From Eledone cirrhosa (Eukaryota), in NCBI GenBank assembly GCA_964016885.1, contig OZ024758.1:310001-374000 (forward strand): 64,000 nt of DNA, in the 5' to 3' direction. Position 1 is the stretch's first letter. Each line of letters starts with the position of its first letter. The notes beneath the pieces are model-generated. The model saw nothing but the letters and a program-made list of their open reading frames with translations. It was not told the DNA's origin and did no database searches. Positions 38,101 to 49,786 of this stretch are shown piece by piece. A program made the translations under genes and the position numbers.

Positions 38101-40099
38101 TACCTCTCCCATTCAACATTACCTCTCCCATATTTTTTTTTCAGATAAAAAGAATGTTTCGTAACATTCTTTTTACGTAACCAAGAAACAAAAATACTTC
38201 GATTAAAAAAAAAAAATAGGATATATTAACCTTATTAAAAGTCATTTAAAAGAATGTGAAATTCAAGAGAATTAGAAATAAAAAAAAAAACAATAAATAA
38301 AATCAAAAAGTAAAACTGGAAATAGAAAGAAATAAAAAAATATTTAGATCGTTGTAAGGGAGATAATTCTATTTCAAAATATAAGTTTCTTCCCATGATG
38401 ACATATTCTTCGCAACGATTTCACGTTGTTTGAGCAGTCCTATTATCGGAGCTGTTCTAACCATGACTATCCAGTATTTTTGTATATTTATGACTATATT
38501 GGGTAAATTTATAGAAGTTAAAGTGGGAAAGAATTATTTTTCCTCTTTTTTTTTCGTATGCTATCAATTAAAACTACCTACGAATATGCGGAAAACGGAG
38601 GGTGAGAGAGAGGGGGGGGGGACCTCGGACCTTTCAGCCACCCCACAATGAGTTTCCTTTCATGTGCTACCATCTAATCTTTCCTCCGCGCATGAAGCAA
38701 AGGATCCTTTTCCCCTGGAAAACAGAGAGGGAAGGTGGACTCTCGGATCTGAGTACCTCCCGGAGTTTTTTCTTTACCCAAGGAAAGGAGTGAACAATCT
38801 GAGGGTTTTCTGGGAAAAAAGCCCTTTGAGCATGTTCAAAGAAGAGATAAGATTGGTTGGTAGCACATGAAAAACACGGGGGAAAATGGTAAAGAAAACT
38901 TGGGAAAGAAGTGAAAATTGCAAGCTCCCCCAACTCAGTTTATCCGGGGAAATATCTTTTTGCGGCATATTCGAACATAAATTTAATTGATAGCACTCGA
39001 GAAAAAAAAAAGGGGGGGGGGGGATAATTATTTCCCACTGAAATTGATCACTAATGACCATAGTTTTGCGCCTAGAGGGTTTTCCTCCTAGTTTGTCATA
39101 CAATCGTATAGACATTGAACAGACGTCAATGATTCGTAAATCTAAATATCAACCTCAGATCTGTTGTGTACGATATGTGTTGTGTATGTGGCCGATAACT
39201 AAACTATCATATGACCCAGTATATCTAAATTCAAACAAGTATATAACCTCATCTAACAGTTTCATTTTTCACGAATACAATTCAGCTTTTTACAATTTCG
39301 TTTCACACCCACATTACTATGCAAACATGTAAGGAAGATAGCAACTTACAAATTTGTTTTCTGAATAATCTTAAAGTAAGAAATACTAAAGATAAAGGAA
39401 GCTCACAAACAGTGAAGGGGGATCCTTGATTTATATGATAAGCCATTTTCAATTGGTCCAACTGAAGTTGTTGTCAGTTTGTTTAGACACCGTAGACGTA
39501 GTTATATTTTTTTCATAACCGCCCGTGTAGCCAGCTTGTTTGTTAAAGGAGTTATTTGGGGTGGGAGGTGCAATTAAGATTTTTTGTGTCACCGATTTTT
39601 TAAGCTCTTTAAGCTAGAAGGTTGTGGTTCTATCAGACCTTTTATAAGTTTTCTTGATCAATCCAATTCAATTCAGGGCCTTCGCACCCCTGTTGGAGGA
39701 ACCCCCTCACTGGTTGACCTCCAGCTTTCCGTTTGATTTTCGTCATGTCAGGGGTGTAGCTGGACTCACCACAGTTAGCGAATTGCGGGTTGGTCAGGCT
39801 ATTTATCCCATAATTGGGGCCGTTGACTCTGAGGAGTTCATCCATCCTTTTATTGTTACTGTTGATCAATATTGCATTGTTTTCCTTAAGACAGAAGCAT
39901 GTGATTATAGGACATTTGGCTTAACTTCTAGCATGTCAACCGATCAGATAGCGGCTATACTATGTGATAATAGAAATTATCCAATAATAAATCGTATCAG
40001 TAATAACTGTGTTACCAATAATTTTAAACTTACAGGTGTGAAACAAGGAATTACAGGATTGTCAGAAACATTTGAATGAGTTTCTTTTAAAGATTGCAT
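22483..40099 (-). CDS. SOHLH2: SOHLH2-like spermatogenesis/oogenesis-specific bHLH transcription factor, 11 coding exons, ~783 aa
   Basis: Exons 40099-40034, 37785-37220, 36574-36513, 33108-33004, 31326-31251, 29686-29531, 29353-29206, 27705-27530, 26910-26768, 25095-24901 and 23141-22483 are joined by GT-AG introns with compatible phases (2352 nt). The bHLH reads HSAKEKLRRERIKESCCQLRVLLPYVRGRKTDMASILEFVVNYLK versus recalled human HSSKEKLRRERIKYCCEQLRTLLPYVKGRKNDAASVLEATVDYVK. Confidence 0.88.
23440..23822. mobile_element. Two tandem mariner-type MITE copies
   Basis: Internal ACTCTCATGGAATGAC...GTTGAAATTATTGCA shared with 26505-26706, 49442-49653 and 58967-59163. Confidence 0.65.
24120..24370 (+). 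mobile_element. RTE 3' fragment
   Basis: Resembles the RPRKTWEEVV C-terminus, followed by a (GAT)n tail. Confidence 0.7.
24607..24843. repeat. Inverted-repeat (MITE-like) hairpin
   Basis: ATGTGGAAAGAGATAGAAGG.TAAACAATGCAAAATTGA with its reverse complement, plus an inner GTTACCTGGTAATCTTT pair. Confidence 0.75.
24901..25095 (-). CDS. SOHLH2: SOHLH2-like exon 10
   Basis: TTTTCAG| ... |GTAAGT, open in phase 1-1. Confidence 0.8.
25639..25794. repeat. 21-bp minisatellite, ~7 copies
   Basis: Consensus AAATATGGTACGGTCCATTAG. Confidence 0.85.
26505..26706. mobile_element. Mariner-type MITE
   Basis: TA-flanked with degenerate TIRs GAAAAGTT.ATAGGCTGA / TCGGCCAATGAACTTTTC. Confidence 0.7.
26768..26910 (-). 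CDS. SOHLH2: SOHLH2-like exon 9
   Basis: TTTCCAG| ... |GTGAG, open in phase 2-1. Confidence 0.8.
27033..27235. mobile_element. TTAA-flanked (piggyBac-like) MITE; relatives at ~23830-24072 and 28861-29074
   Basis: TTAA-ACCTTTAGCATTTA ... TAAATGCTAAAGGG-TTAA. Confidence 0.75.
27530..27705 (-). CDS. SOHLH2: SOHLH2-like exon 8
   Basis: TTGTAG|IKDILSKEYELKEQ... |GTATTT, phase 0-2. Confidence 0.8.
27956..28180. mobile_element. pogo/Tigger-like MITE
   Basis: TIRs TACCATATATACTCAAATATAAGCTGA / TCAGCTTTTATTCAAGTATATATGGTA. Confidence 0.75.
29206..29353 (-). CDS. SOHLH2: SOHLH2-like exon 7 (helix-loop-helix)
   Basis: Translates to ERIKESCCQLRVLLPYVRGRKTDMASILEFVVNYLKIVNDIIPNDLQSQ. Confidence 0.93.
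29531..29686 (-). CDS. SOHLH2: SOHLH2-like exon 6 (ends in the basic region)
   Basis: ...NHSAKEKLRR|GTAAGT, phase 2-2. Confidence 0.92.
30462..30710 (-). mobile_element. RTE 3' fragment
   Basis: Translates to HVKCMNDDHWVKKC...RGRPRKTWAEVVRADL. Confidence 0.75.
31251..31326 (-). CDS. SOHLH2: SOHLH2-like exon 5
   Basis: TTTAAAG| ... |GTAATT, open in phase 1-2. Confidence 0.72.
31488..31740 (+). mobile_element. CORE-SINE (different tail subfamily)
   Basis: tRNA head with GAGTTCGAGTCC and core CCTTGAGCAAGACACTTTATTTCAC. Confidence 0.75.
32566..32918 (-). mobile_element. CORE-SINE with RTE tail
   Basis: Reverse complement of the 2886-3249 family. Confidence 0.85.
33004..33108 (-). CDS. SOHLH2: SOHLH2-like exon 4
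   Basis: DLLPHGIDELIVQPVTKNIVQNIYTRL resembles recalled human HGMDIALTEPLTMEKMSNVVKYW. Confidence 0.85.
33283..33468 (+). mobile_element. Second tRNA-SINE family; other copies ~35420-35550(-), 36265-36420(-), 42500-42700, 44778-44970, 57990-58140, 60333-60525
   Basis: B box GAGTTCAAATCCC and conserved body GCCTTTCATCCTT.CGG.GTCGATAAAATAAAGTACCAG. Confidence 0.75.
33500..33800 (+). mobile_element. Degenerate CRE RLE fragment
   Basis: SAAYKAEERKIVKY and a WL...SLAILRSN-like end. Confidence 0.6.
34023..35361 (-). mobile_element. 5'-truncated RTE copy (same family as 9067-12095), TSD ACTCATT
   Basis: High similarity to 10734-12095 with small frameshifting deletions; ACTCATT at 34016-34022 and 35362-35368. 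Confidence 0.9.
36513..36574 (-). CDS. SOHLH2: SOHLH2-like exon 3
   Basis: TTGTTTAG|HFSKYNKKTAIIWVSQLQIN|GTAAGT, phase 2-1. Confidence 0.82.
37220..37785 (-). CDS. SOHLH2: SOHLH2-like exon 2
   Basis: 566-nt open exon, Ser/Pro-rich and then DTLVVGN...YSLIWLLINPP; GTAAGT donor. Confidence 0.85.
38522..39039. mobile_element. Old DNA-transposon/MITE remnant with imperfect long inverted repeats
   Basis: AGTGGGAAA..AATTAT...TGCTATCAATTAAA...CGAATATGC mirrored at 38960-39039. Confidence 0.55.
40034..40099 (-). CDS. SOHLH2: SOHLH2-like putative first coding exon
   Basis: ATG...MQSLKETHSNVSDNPVIPCFTP|GTAAGT, phase 0. Confidence 0.6.
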
Positions 40100-42776
40100 C
40101 TAGAAATATTTAATTCTTGGTCTTTCTTATTTGTCGTACTCAAAGATTGACTTATCTCGGAGGGTTCTCCCAGAAAATGACCGTATATAAGCTGGATATT
40201 AAGGGTGACGGATATTTGGTTGCTATTTCCGTCAATCAAACAGGCCGAAAAACCATAAAAGCCATGCCACGCTAGTAGCTAAACGCAAAGCGGAAGTGCA
40301 AAGAAAGCCAAATTGTTAGGCGTCAAGCCCAAAATGATATGAATTACAGGAATACATTCAATTCTAAGTAAAATCTAAGGAGGCGTTTCATTTTTGTATT
40401 TGTTTTGCAAATTTTTTCATCTGAAAAGGTGTGTTGAAACAGATATTGTTATACTGGGAGTTCACAAAAAAAAGAACAAAAAACAAGATGGTGTAAGACA
40501 CAACAAAAAATTATAGAAGTTGTGTTGTTATGGCCAATGAGAGAAATGTACCATGTGCCCAGTTATAGAGGCTTTTCTGTTTGGCCTGACGATATCGTTA
40601 TTAATGATGTATTTGCAACGGGTTCGTTAATCTTTGACTAAAACATGTGGTCGCTAAGCTAACCTTTTAACCATACATCTGTGTCCACTGAATTATATTA
40701 TGTGTCCCTAAAATATTAAACTCAACTCAAATAATCTAAATCTTGACTAAATATTGCACCCCCTCCCCTATAACAGTCTCACATGAATCTTTACTTGCAC
40801 ACTCGACCTGCTAGAAATTACTGTTAAATCCACCGACTGTCTGACTGTCTTGAATGAATACATTTAATATAGTAAGCCTGGATATAATCTAGGGTGGCCA
40901 TACCGGATTGTCTTCGATCACACCTGATATAAGGCTAAATAATAGATTGCGGCATTTATGATTTTACTAAAGTATAAGCAGCTAAGTAAGGCTAAAAATA
41001 TAAAAATATTCAACGAAGAATTGAAACCATTTCGCTCTTTTAGCTTGTCCTGAGTTTACGTTTTTCCCTACGGTACCCATTATACTTTTATATAAATCTC
41101 TTCAGTAAAAATGCCATACGAACTTGAAGGGGACAAGCATTTTAACCTGTAAAAATTGCAAATATTTCTTTAGCAGCAGGTGTGAAAAGCAAAACTTACA
41201 AAATGCCAATAATGTTTATTGTCTAAAACAAACAAAAATTAAGTTCCTACAATATATACGATTAAAAATATATATATAATATTCTCTGCACTTGCTTTAT
41301 ACATGTATTAATATTGAAATATGCTGTACCGTTGTTCTTAAGTGAAAGAGACTTAGCACCTACCACTTCGAATCCACAAGAAATATCACCAATATCCATG
41401 GAAAAAACTGTCTTTTAGAAAGTCAGGTTTTACGTATAAGTAACTGCGAATTACATTTGAAAGACAGTGAAAAAAGAAGCCACAGGACTAAAGTATTTGT
41501 TGAAGTACAATTCTATGTATCATGTGGTTATTTTCTGCGGAATTATTTTGAAAGGAAGAAGTTGTTCGATTATGTTTAATTTCCTTTAATTAAGCAACAT
41601 TGCCAAGTTTTTAATATATACTGCAATATAATATTTTGTAAATAATTTAAACAATTTTACAACCTAAAAAAGAGAAATATAATCATTTTTGTTTTCAGAT
41701 GGTGAAGAAGTTATCTGCGGGTGTAATACTGAGAAAAGAAAAGTGACTAGTCAGAAAACTAACTTGGGTCAAGTGATCGAATCTCTCTGGTGTATTACTG
41801 GTATTTAATTTACAGTGCAACTACTAATTGTTCTCAAGACACATTAATACAGTGGAACCTCGGTTCACGACCGCCTCTCATCACGGACAATAATACGGTG
41901 TTTACGATGCTAATTAGGGTATTGGATCTTGAAACTAGTTGTTCATTAGATCTGTACAATTCCCGTCATATATTTAGAGAGAGTGTATAATAAACCTGGC
42001 ATGAAATTCTGCTGCATTTGGATCAGTTCAAAGCCTTTGTTAAGATCGACTAGAAGTATTTGTCTGTAGTTCTCAGTACAGCTGGTTTTAGTCCCCTCTT
42101 TTTCAAAGTTGGATTGCATTAATACGACTGTGGCTTTGAACAGGTTGAATACCCTCTATATTCTTCTGATTTGGCCACATCTGACAATCATCTGTTACAC
42201 AACCTGAAAAACACTTGTCTGGGAACCAATATCACAGTGATGACGTAACATCTACCATTGATGATTTTTTGGGGCCAGCAGGATGAAAGCTTCTTCACCA
42301 ATGGGATCCAAGCAATGCAACACTGTTGAAAAATATACCTCATTTGGTCACATTCCATGAGAGTATCTTGGTCAACCTATGAACTTTTCTGCCAACTCTC
42401 GTATACAGCGGCACTGGGGTCGGTTAATCAGCTTGCCCCTCTCCCAAATTGCCGGCCTTATGCCTATAGTAGAAATCAGTATTATGTCGTATAAGATTAG
42501 TAGTACCGTTACAGAGTCGGACAACATGCTATGCAGCACCGAGTTAGGGCCCTTTACGTTATGAGTTCAAAGCCTGCGAAGGTTAGCTTTGCCTTTCATC
42601 CTTTCGCGGTCGATAAAATAAAGTACCAGTAACGCACTGGGGTCGATTTAATCGACGTTCTCCTTCCCTTCAAATTGCTGGCCTTGTGTCAAATGTAGAA
42701 ACTTTATTACTGCCATTTCATAATTATTTTTTCTCTGACTTATTTTACATTGTTTCTCTCTCGTCCTCTCCCTCTT

Positions 42777-42846
<70 letters not shown>

Positions 42847-42902
42847 AGCAAATTATAAACGTAATCATGTAAGTATGTTTTTGAAACGGTGCGCGAGTTT
42901 GA

Positions 42903-43095
42903 AATTAGAAATTAGAAATTATAAGCTTTCACCGTATTTTAGACTAAAGAAATTTCTAGCCTGATAGTGGAAAAAGATGAGTGTTGCCGTACATGGCAAC
43001 ACTCATCTTTTTCCATTTCTCCGAGGGTTATAAACCCCACTATCAGGCTAGAAATTTCTTTAGTATAAAATACGGTGAAAGCTTATAATTTTTAA

Positions 43096-43103
<8 letters not shown>
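42903..43103. repeat. Nested inverted repeat (outer arms ~65 bp, inner 21-bp hairpin)
   Basis: Outer ATAAGCTTTCACCGTATTTTA..CTAAAGAAATTTCTAGCCTGATAGTGG pair; inner TGGAAAAAGATGAGTGTTGCC/GGCAACACTCATCTTTTTCCA. Confidence 0.85.
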
Positions 43104-43154
<51 letters not shown>

Positions 43155-44668
43155 AATATAGACACACCCGTATGTGTGAGTATATATATATATATATATG
43201 TATGTATGTGTGAGTGTGTATATATATATATATACAGGAGAGAAAGAGAGAGAGAGAGAGGGGGGTGGGGGAGGTAAGAGAATAAAACGTCTGCTGAATG
43301 ACTGGGTGGTCCGCCACAAGATTTTGTCACCGACAAGTTTTAGATTTTCTTTTGATGTAGCATGTTTGCGTTAGATATGAAGAACATTAAGCAGCCGTCT
43401 ACCACTATAACTACTACATCAGTAACAACAATAACAAAAGCTGGACAGTCATCGATTCTTTTTTATTAGCATGTCAACATATCAATCGACTTCTGTATTA
43501 TGGGCGGTGTAGTGTAGGGGAGGAAACGAAGAAGAGAAGAATAGTTTCTTGTGACGTCCACCGTGTAGAAACTGTGATATTTGTGGTGAAAGAGATTGTT
43601 GTAATATGGAAGGGGTTGTGTTGGTAGTAATGATGATTTTAATGTTGGTGTTCGTTATAGTTGAAGTGGTGGTGTTGGGTATGATATAGTGGATGTATAG
43701 GTCAATTAGTAATAGTAGTTTTAACAGTAGTAGTCAATAATGAATGGTTTCTAATTCAGGTACAGGGCCAACAACTTGTGACTAGTATTTCATTTTGTTT
43801 TATTCGGAAGTATGAAAGACAAAGCTGACATAGGGGGATTTGAACTTAGAACGTAAAGAGCCGGAACAAATGACACAAACAATTTTATCCGAGTCTACCG
43901 GTTCTGCCAATTCACCTTCCTCAGTCGTTATTGAAATAATTGTTTCTGATTTAAGCGCGAGGCCGACAAATCTGGTTGTCTGATCCAGGTTTAACTCGGC
44001 CAACTTTTCTTCTGTTATTAAGTAGTAATATATTTCCATGTCTAAGTCAACCAACAATAAACGATTCATTGATAACAATTTTGGAAATGTGATCTTATTT
44101 AAGAGTAAGAAAACAAAATATATGTATTTATTCATTCAGTGTAGTTTTTATAGCTTGGCATGTACCCTTCTCAACAACACTTCCGTTCTTTACGCCATAT
44201 TCTTAGTGAAAGGTTTCGGAAGAGCTACTTTAACCCTACCCTTCCATGTTTATATTTGATTTTGTTTTGTTATTTATTTTTATTTTTTATTATCATTTCA
44301 TTTCATCTCATATTGCTGTTCACTTCTTATCTCTCTTTAAACAAACTCTATTACAGTTCTTTCTCGGAACCGGAGCTTTTTATTCCTTAAAGCTGGATCC
44401 GAATACATCTATCTATCCCACTGCATGTTTAGAAAACAAACTCCACCCTCATCTTCACACCCCAACCAAACATTCCTACCAAGTCGTCGCTTCGTTTCGT
44501 TTCTTTTCCCTGTTTTGTTTTTATTTTCATTAATTTCCTTGTTTATGTATTTGTTCTTCTCTGATATATATTGTCCGATTGAGGCGTCTAAAGTCCAGGA
44601 GTTTAGAATAGTTATTTTTAGTATAACATCAACAGCCATCATCAATGCTGCAGTTTTTGTTAGTGGCG

Positions 44669-44669
<1 letters not shown>

Positions 44670-44755
<86 letters not shown>
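44670..44755. repeat. (TTTC)n microsatellite
   Basis: Directly visible. Confidence 0.95.
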
Positions 44756-44756
<1 letters not shown>

Positions 44757-45372
44757 GTTGTTGTTGCTGTTATACTGCAGTGGATTGGCAGTGTCGGTAG
44801 AGCGTCGGACTACATGCTTTGTGGTATTTAGTTGCGTCCTTTACGTTCTGAGTTCAAATTCCGCCGAGGTTATAGCTTTGCTTACCTCCTTACGGGATCG
44901 ATAAAATAAAGTATCATCATGCATTGGGTCGATTTAATAGACTTTTCCCTCCCCCCAAATTGCAAAGTAGAAACAATTATTATTATTACTATATTTTTCG
45001 TTGCAACAGATAAAGCCCAAACCCTCATGACAATCGACAACAGTGATTTAACCCAGGTCAAATAAAAACCAGATAATACCTATTGCCCTCCTCCTAAATA
45101 TACCGGAAAGAAAAACAAAAAAAAACAATAAATAAAATATGAGGAAAAATGTCCTCATCTTTCAGATCATCACCATCTCTTCTACCACCACCACCACCAC
45201 CACCACAAAAGCTATCATTACTAAATATGCAACCACTGCCACCACCACCAAAGCAACAGCCACTAACACAAGTATCAGTAGCAGCATCAACACCACTACC
45301 ACCACCTCAACAACAACCACAAACACATCTGCAGTCGCCATCGTCACCAGCATATATATATATATTTATATA

Positions 45373-45456
45373 TACATGGTGTCCCAAAGAAATGTATACA
45401 CACTTCAACAGAATTCTAATAAAAGTGTGTATACACTTTTTATGGGACACCATGTA
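45373..45456. mobile_element. Tiny Tc1-like MITE
   Basis: TA-CATGGTGTCCCA...TGTATACACACTT / AAGTGTGTATACA...TGGGACACCATG-TA. Confidence 0.7.
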
Positions 45457-45896
45457 TATTATAGACGACGATGAGAAAGTACTAGATGCCTGAAAGAAGA
45501 AATTATTATTCTATAACAGACACATTTACCTAGTTATGCTGGTGTATTTATTTATGTAAATATAGAAGGATGACAGGGGAGTGAAGAGTGCCGTGTTCTA
45601 GAGAATGGTAAGGGATGGGTGGGCGGGCAGATATAAGAAAACAAATAGAAATACAATAATAAAGAAAGAGAAATATCAACAAATGAACATCATGAATGCT
45701 AGGTTGTTTGTTATATCAGAGGATTGATTTGGTTGGGTATTCACTACCTACACTCATACATACACACACACGCACACTCACATACACTCAGAGGCACACA
45801 CACACACACACACACTTACTCACACATATACACAGAGGCACATTTTCACACACAAGTGCTTAAACACTCATATATATATATATATATATATATATA

Positions 45897-48410
45897 CTAG
45901 CAGAAGTTCCCGGCGTTGCCCGGGTGTAAGTCGACCTTTGGTCTGTTAGAATGTGTGAAAGTTACTTCCCGCGCATCACAGGTTCAAAACTTCGAACTTC
46001 AATGGAAAAAAATAGGTTAGTAGACACAGGTGTGTAATTTATTAATTGTAGTTACACAGTGTATCGTTGAAATTGTTCTCTGCACGACTGACGGAAGTCA
46101 AAATCGCTTGATATTGAATGTTCAGTTAATTTAAAGCAGGGTGAAAATGTCGATTACTTTCAGGTTTTTTTTTTTTTTTACAATTTTTGCGCTCACATGT
46201 GCAGAAGAAGAATTAAAAGGGCCTTTATCTTAACCGCGGCATAATGGCGAGTCTTTTGTGACAGTTTTCAAGAATATAGGACGTTCCTGTAAAAAGTTTT
46301 CCCATGTGTAACTTTGCCTTGTTTTTTTGCGCAAAGTCGAGCCCCGCTTCAGTTTTATTGATTTTTTACATCAATGCGTGATCTCTGAAGTAGATTTGAG
46401 TAGCTAAAAACCTGTCCCAGTAAATTTGCTATAGGTGAAAAAAAGTTGATCAAAATTGTATCTAGGGTTATTGCCCTTTGCCACAGCCTCAAGCCTCGTC
46501 TGACGGGATGTTGGTGATTCCTCTGTCAGCGCTTGTTGGCGACGAAGGCGAACATCAGCAAGCCTTGTCGTACGTGATGTTGGTGACTCAACCAGCCGGG
46601 AAAGACGTCTATCAGCGAGTCGAGATTCGCGCTCAGCAGGTGTTTCCTAGAGAAAATTAATTAATTCTACTGGTTAGCTAAGCCAATGGCAGTGTCAATA
46701 GTAAATGAGAAAAGTCTAACATGAACAAAAGGGAATCAAGGTAAGACAATAAATTTAATATAACTACGATTAGAGTGTTGTAGTTGCTTAAAAGTAGTGA
46801 CAGTTCGGATAAACGCAGTACTTGCTAACATTAAGGGAGAATATTGCATAAAGGATTAATCAATTGTGAATGAACTCATACCTGAGAACGCCTAATTCGT
46901 TGTCTCAAAGCAATAGCTGTACCTTTTTTGGAGGTAAGTCTTGAACGTTTCCGTGTGGGCATAACGACGTGTAACGAAGCTGTTAGGTTAGAGAGAGGTG
47001 ATTAAATACAGAGAGAGATGACACCAGATTCGTTAGCATGGTTACTGGTGAATGGGAAGGTTTGGAAATATGATTACAATAATTTACCGAATTTTCCCGT
47101 CTATAAATTGCAATAAAAATAATTAAATTTAATCAAAAAACAGCTCTGCGCTTTATACTCCGGTGAGCCTTATGTATAAATAATACAATGGTAATCAATC
47201 ACGGCTCTAACAGAAGTAATAAATCTAGACTAAAAGTAAAGAAGATAGCATTTTCCTGGTTGGCCTTACACGCCGTTGCGCGGACCTGATTTTAAATGAT
47301 ACGCCTTATATCCTGGTGAGTCTTATAGAGCGGAAAATATCTATTGGAAAAGAATACGAATTCATGACCAAGGTGTGACAAAATAGGCGTCTATACAGCG
47401 CCTGAAACAAACTTGTCCAAAACCCTAGGATTTTTCTCGTTAAGTATCCACCCAAAAGGAACCGTTTTTTAGTTACAAAAAATAACCAAAGTGTATAGTA
47501 GCTATATTTCTGACATATCATGCCAAAAAGAACAATATATTCAAAAAATGTTCTAAAGTACATTCAATCTCTCTTTTTGACCGATATCTTAATAAGCAAG
47601 TTATCGATTTTTTATTGGCTGTCAGTGTCTATCTGCATGCAGGTGTGCACGTGTGCGCAATTAATTGCAAATACGCTCATAACATTTAGTCGTAAGCAGA
47701 ACAAAAAATGCCATTAGAGGTGGGCTAATAATGAAGACACAAACCCTGGTGAACTTACGTTTAAACACCCGAAAAGTTACTCACTTCCTGTGCAAAAGAC
47801 TGTATTATAAATTAAGTATTTTTTTAGAATCTTTTGTTTAAAAAAGGAAAACATTGGTACGACGTAAATTTTTTTACTTGTATTGTATGTGTACAACACA
47901 ACTTGTTCAACGTATTATTTAGTAATTTTTTTTTCAAAAAGCATGATTATTTAAGACTGTTTGAAAATTTACTCACAGCTTTTAGGTTCACAAAAGACAC
48001 CATTAAATTTGGTTCCCTTTTCAGATAGGGATAATACTGTATTTGAATAAGGTGGAATATGAAAAGATAAACTCTTTAATGGTCGGTCGTTTACTGAGAC
48101 AGCTGGGAAGACATGCAGCTGGCCGTCCAATCAATAACGCACGTCTTTATATGGGCGTATGAAATTTATTTTTATTGCGCCAGATGTAAACTAAGAGTTC
48201 TTGTGTTCGAATTCACATAAAATTTCATTGGAATCGAAAAACATTCTGTCATAGGGCCCGATTATCGATTTTTCGAAAATTTCAAGTAGCCTATTCCACT
48301 CTACGCGTTGAGTTTTATATATGTGTGAGGTTTCATGAAAATTGGATGAACGGTGTAGCATGCAAGTTCGGTACACTAAACAATGTCCATCTTCCCTTTA
48401 TATATATAGA
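45897..48410 (-). mobile_element. Non-autonomous Helitron
   Basis: The minus strand starts A|TCTATATATATAAAG and ends with the hairpin CCCGGGCAACGCCGGG and CTAG|T inside (TA)n. An internal STPR-like remnant reads ETPAERESRLADRR...ESPTSRTTRL...ESPTSRQTRL (46490-46648). Confidence 0.85.
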
Positions 48411-48488
48411 TATATATATACACATGGTTGTGGGATGAAGGAGCGCACCCGCACATGTGTGCATGTATGCGTATGTATATACATATAT

Positions 48489-48661
<173 letters not shown>

Positions 48662-49441
48662 CGTGTGTATGTATGTATGTATGTATATTTATGTATGTAT
48701 ATTATATGCCATAAAAATATGCAAACAGGTACATATACATAAATTACAAATGCTGCAAGCTTTCATGCATAAATACCATCAGCAAAGATACGCTAAAGGT
48801 GTGCTGAGTACATTGGTATAAAATCTAACCCTCATACACTAACACATATACACACTAATATGTCCATATATACATACATATATATATATATATATGTGCG
48901 TGTATGTACATATGTGAGTGTATATACATAAGTAGTTCTAGCAGCACATTCTTTAGCACAATGTTTTAAACAATATAAAAGAATTTAAGAAAGTTCTAAC
49001 GAACTTAAAAACACGAATGCACTTAGTTATTATAGACATAAAACGGCTGAATTTATATATCACCCCCCCCCACACACACACACATATGTAAAGAGTAAAC
49101 AGAAATAAAAGTAATGAAGTACAATGAAGAAATATATTAGTGTAACGCTTAAAATAACATACACACACACATACATATATATAGTTTATGTGTGTGATTT
49201 ATTAGGGAATCCACATGTCTATTGAGCTATCGATTCCAGAGTCGAGCCCCGTCACGGACGATGATGCAGAAAGCACACAAGTACATGAATGTATGCACAC
49301 CATTAAAAGTTAGGAATACTGGTGAAATATTTCTATAAAACCAGTTATCCTGTTTAGTTGCAACAGACCCGATAAAGTTCTATGGAACAGGTACCAAAAG
49401 ATATGTACTGACGTAGAGGTCAGTTGATCAACGGATTTGAA

Positions 49442-49653
49442 TACGAGAGTCGGCCGAAAAGTTCATTGGCTGACTATGAAGGAATGATGCTAGAGCTGTG
49501 AAATCTTGCATGCATTAATTTCAACTCGTTTTATTAATAATTGCATTGTTTCTTTCTAGGTACTATGTCAAAGAATATGTTAGTTATTCCGTGAGAATAT
49601 CTTAGTTAGCCTATGAATCTTTCAGCCTATGAACTCTTCAGCCGACTCTCGTA
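49442..49653. mobile_element. Mariner-type MITE
   Basis: TIRs TACGAGAGTCGGCCGAAAAGTTCAT / ATGAACTCTTCAGCCGACTCTCGTA. Confidence 0.8.
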
Positions 49654-49737
49654 CATACATACATGCATACATACATATACATACATACATACATACATAC
49701 ATACATACATACATACATACATACATACATACATACA

Positions 49738-49769
<32 letters not shown>

Positions 49770-49786
49770 CATGTATACATACATAC
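49652..49786. repeat. (CATA)n microsatellite
   Basis: Directly visible. Confidence 0.95.

Noticed and set aside
39642-40079. ORFs of 141 aa (+) and 75 aa (-)
   Set aside because: No recognisable domain; probably decayed repeat in intron 1, partly antisense to the first coding exon.
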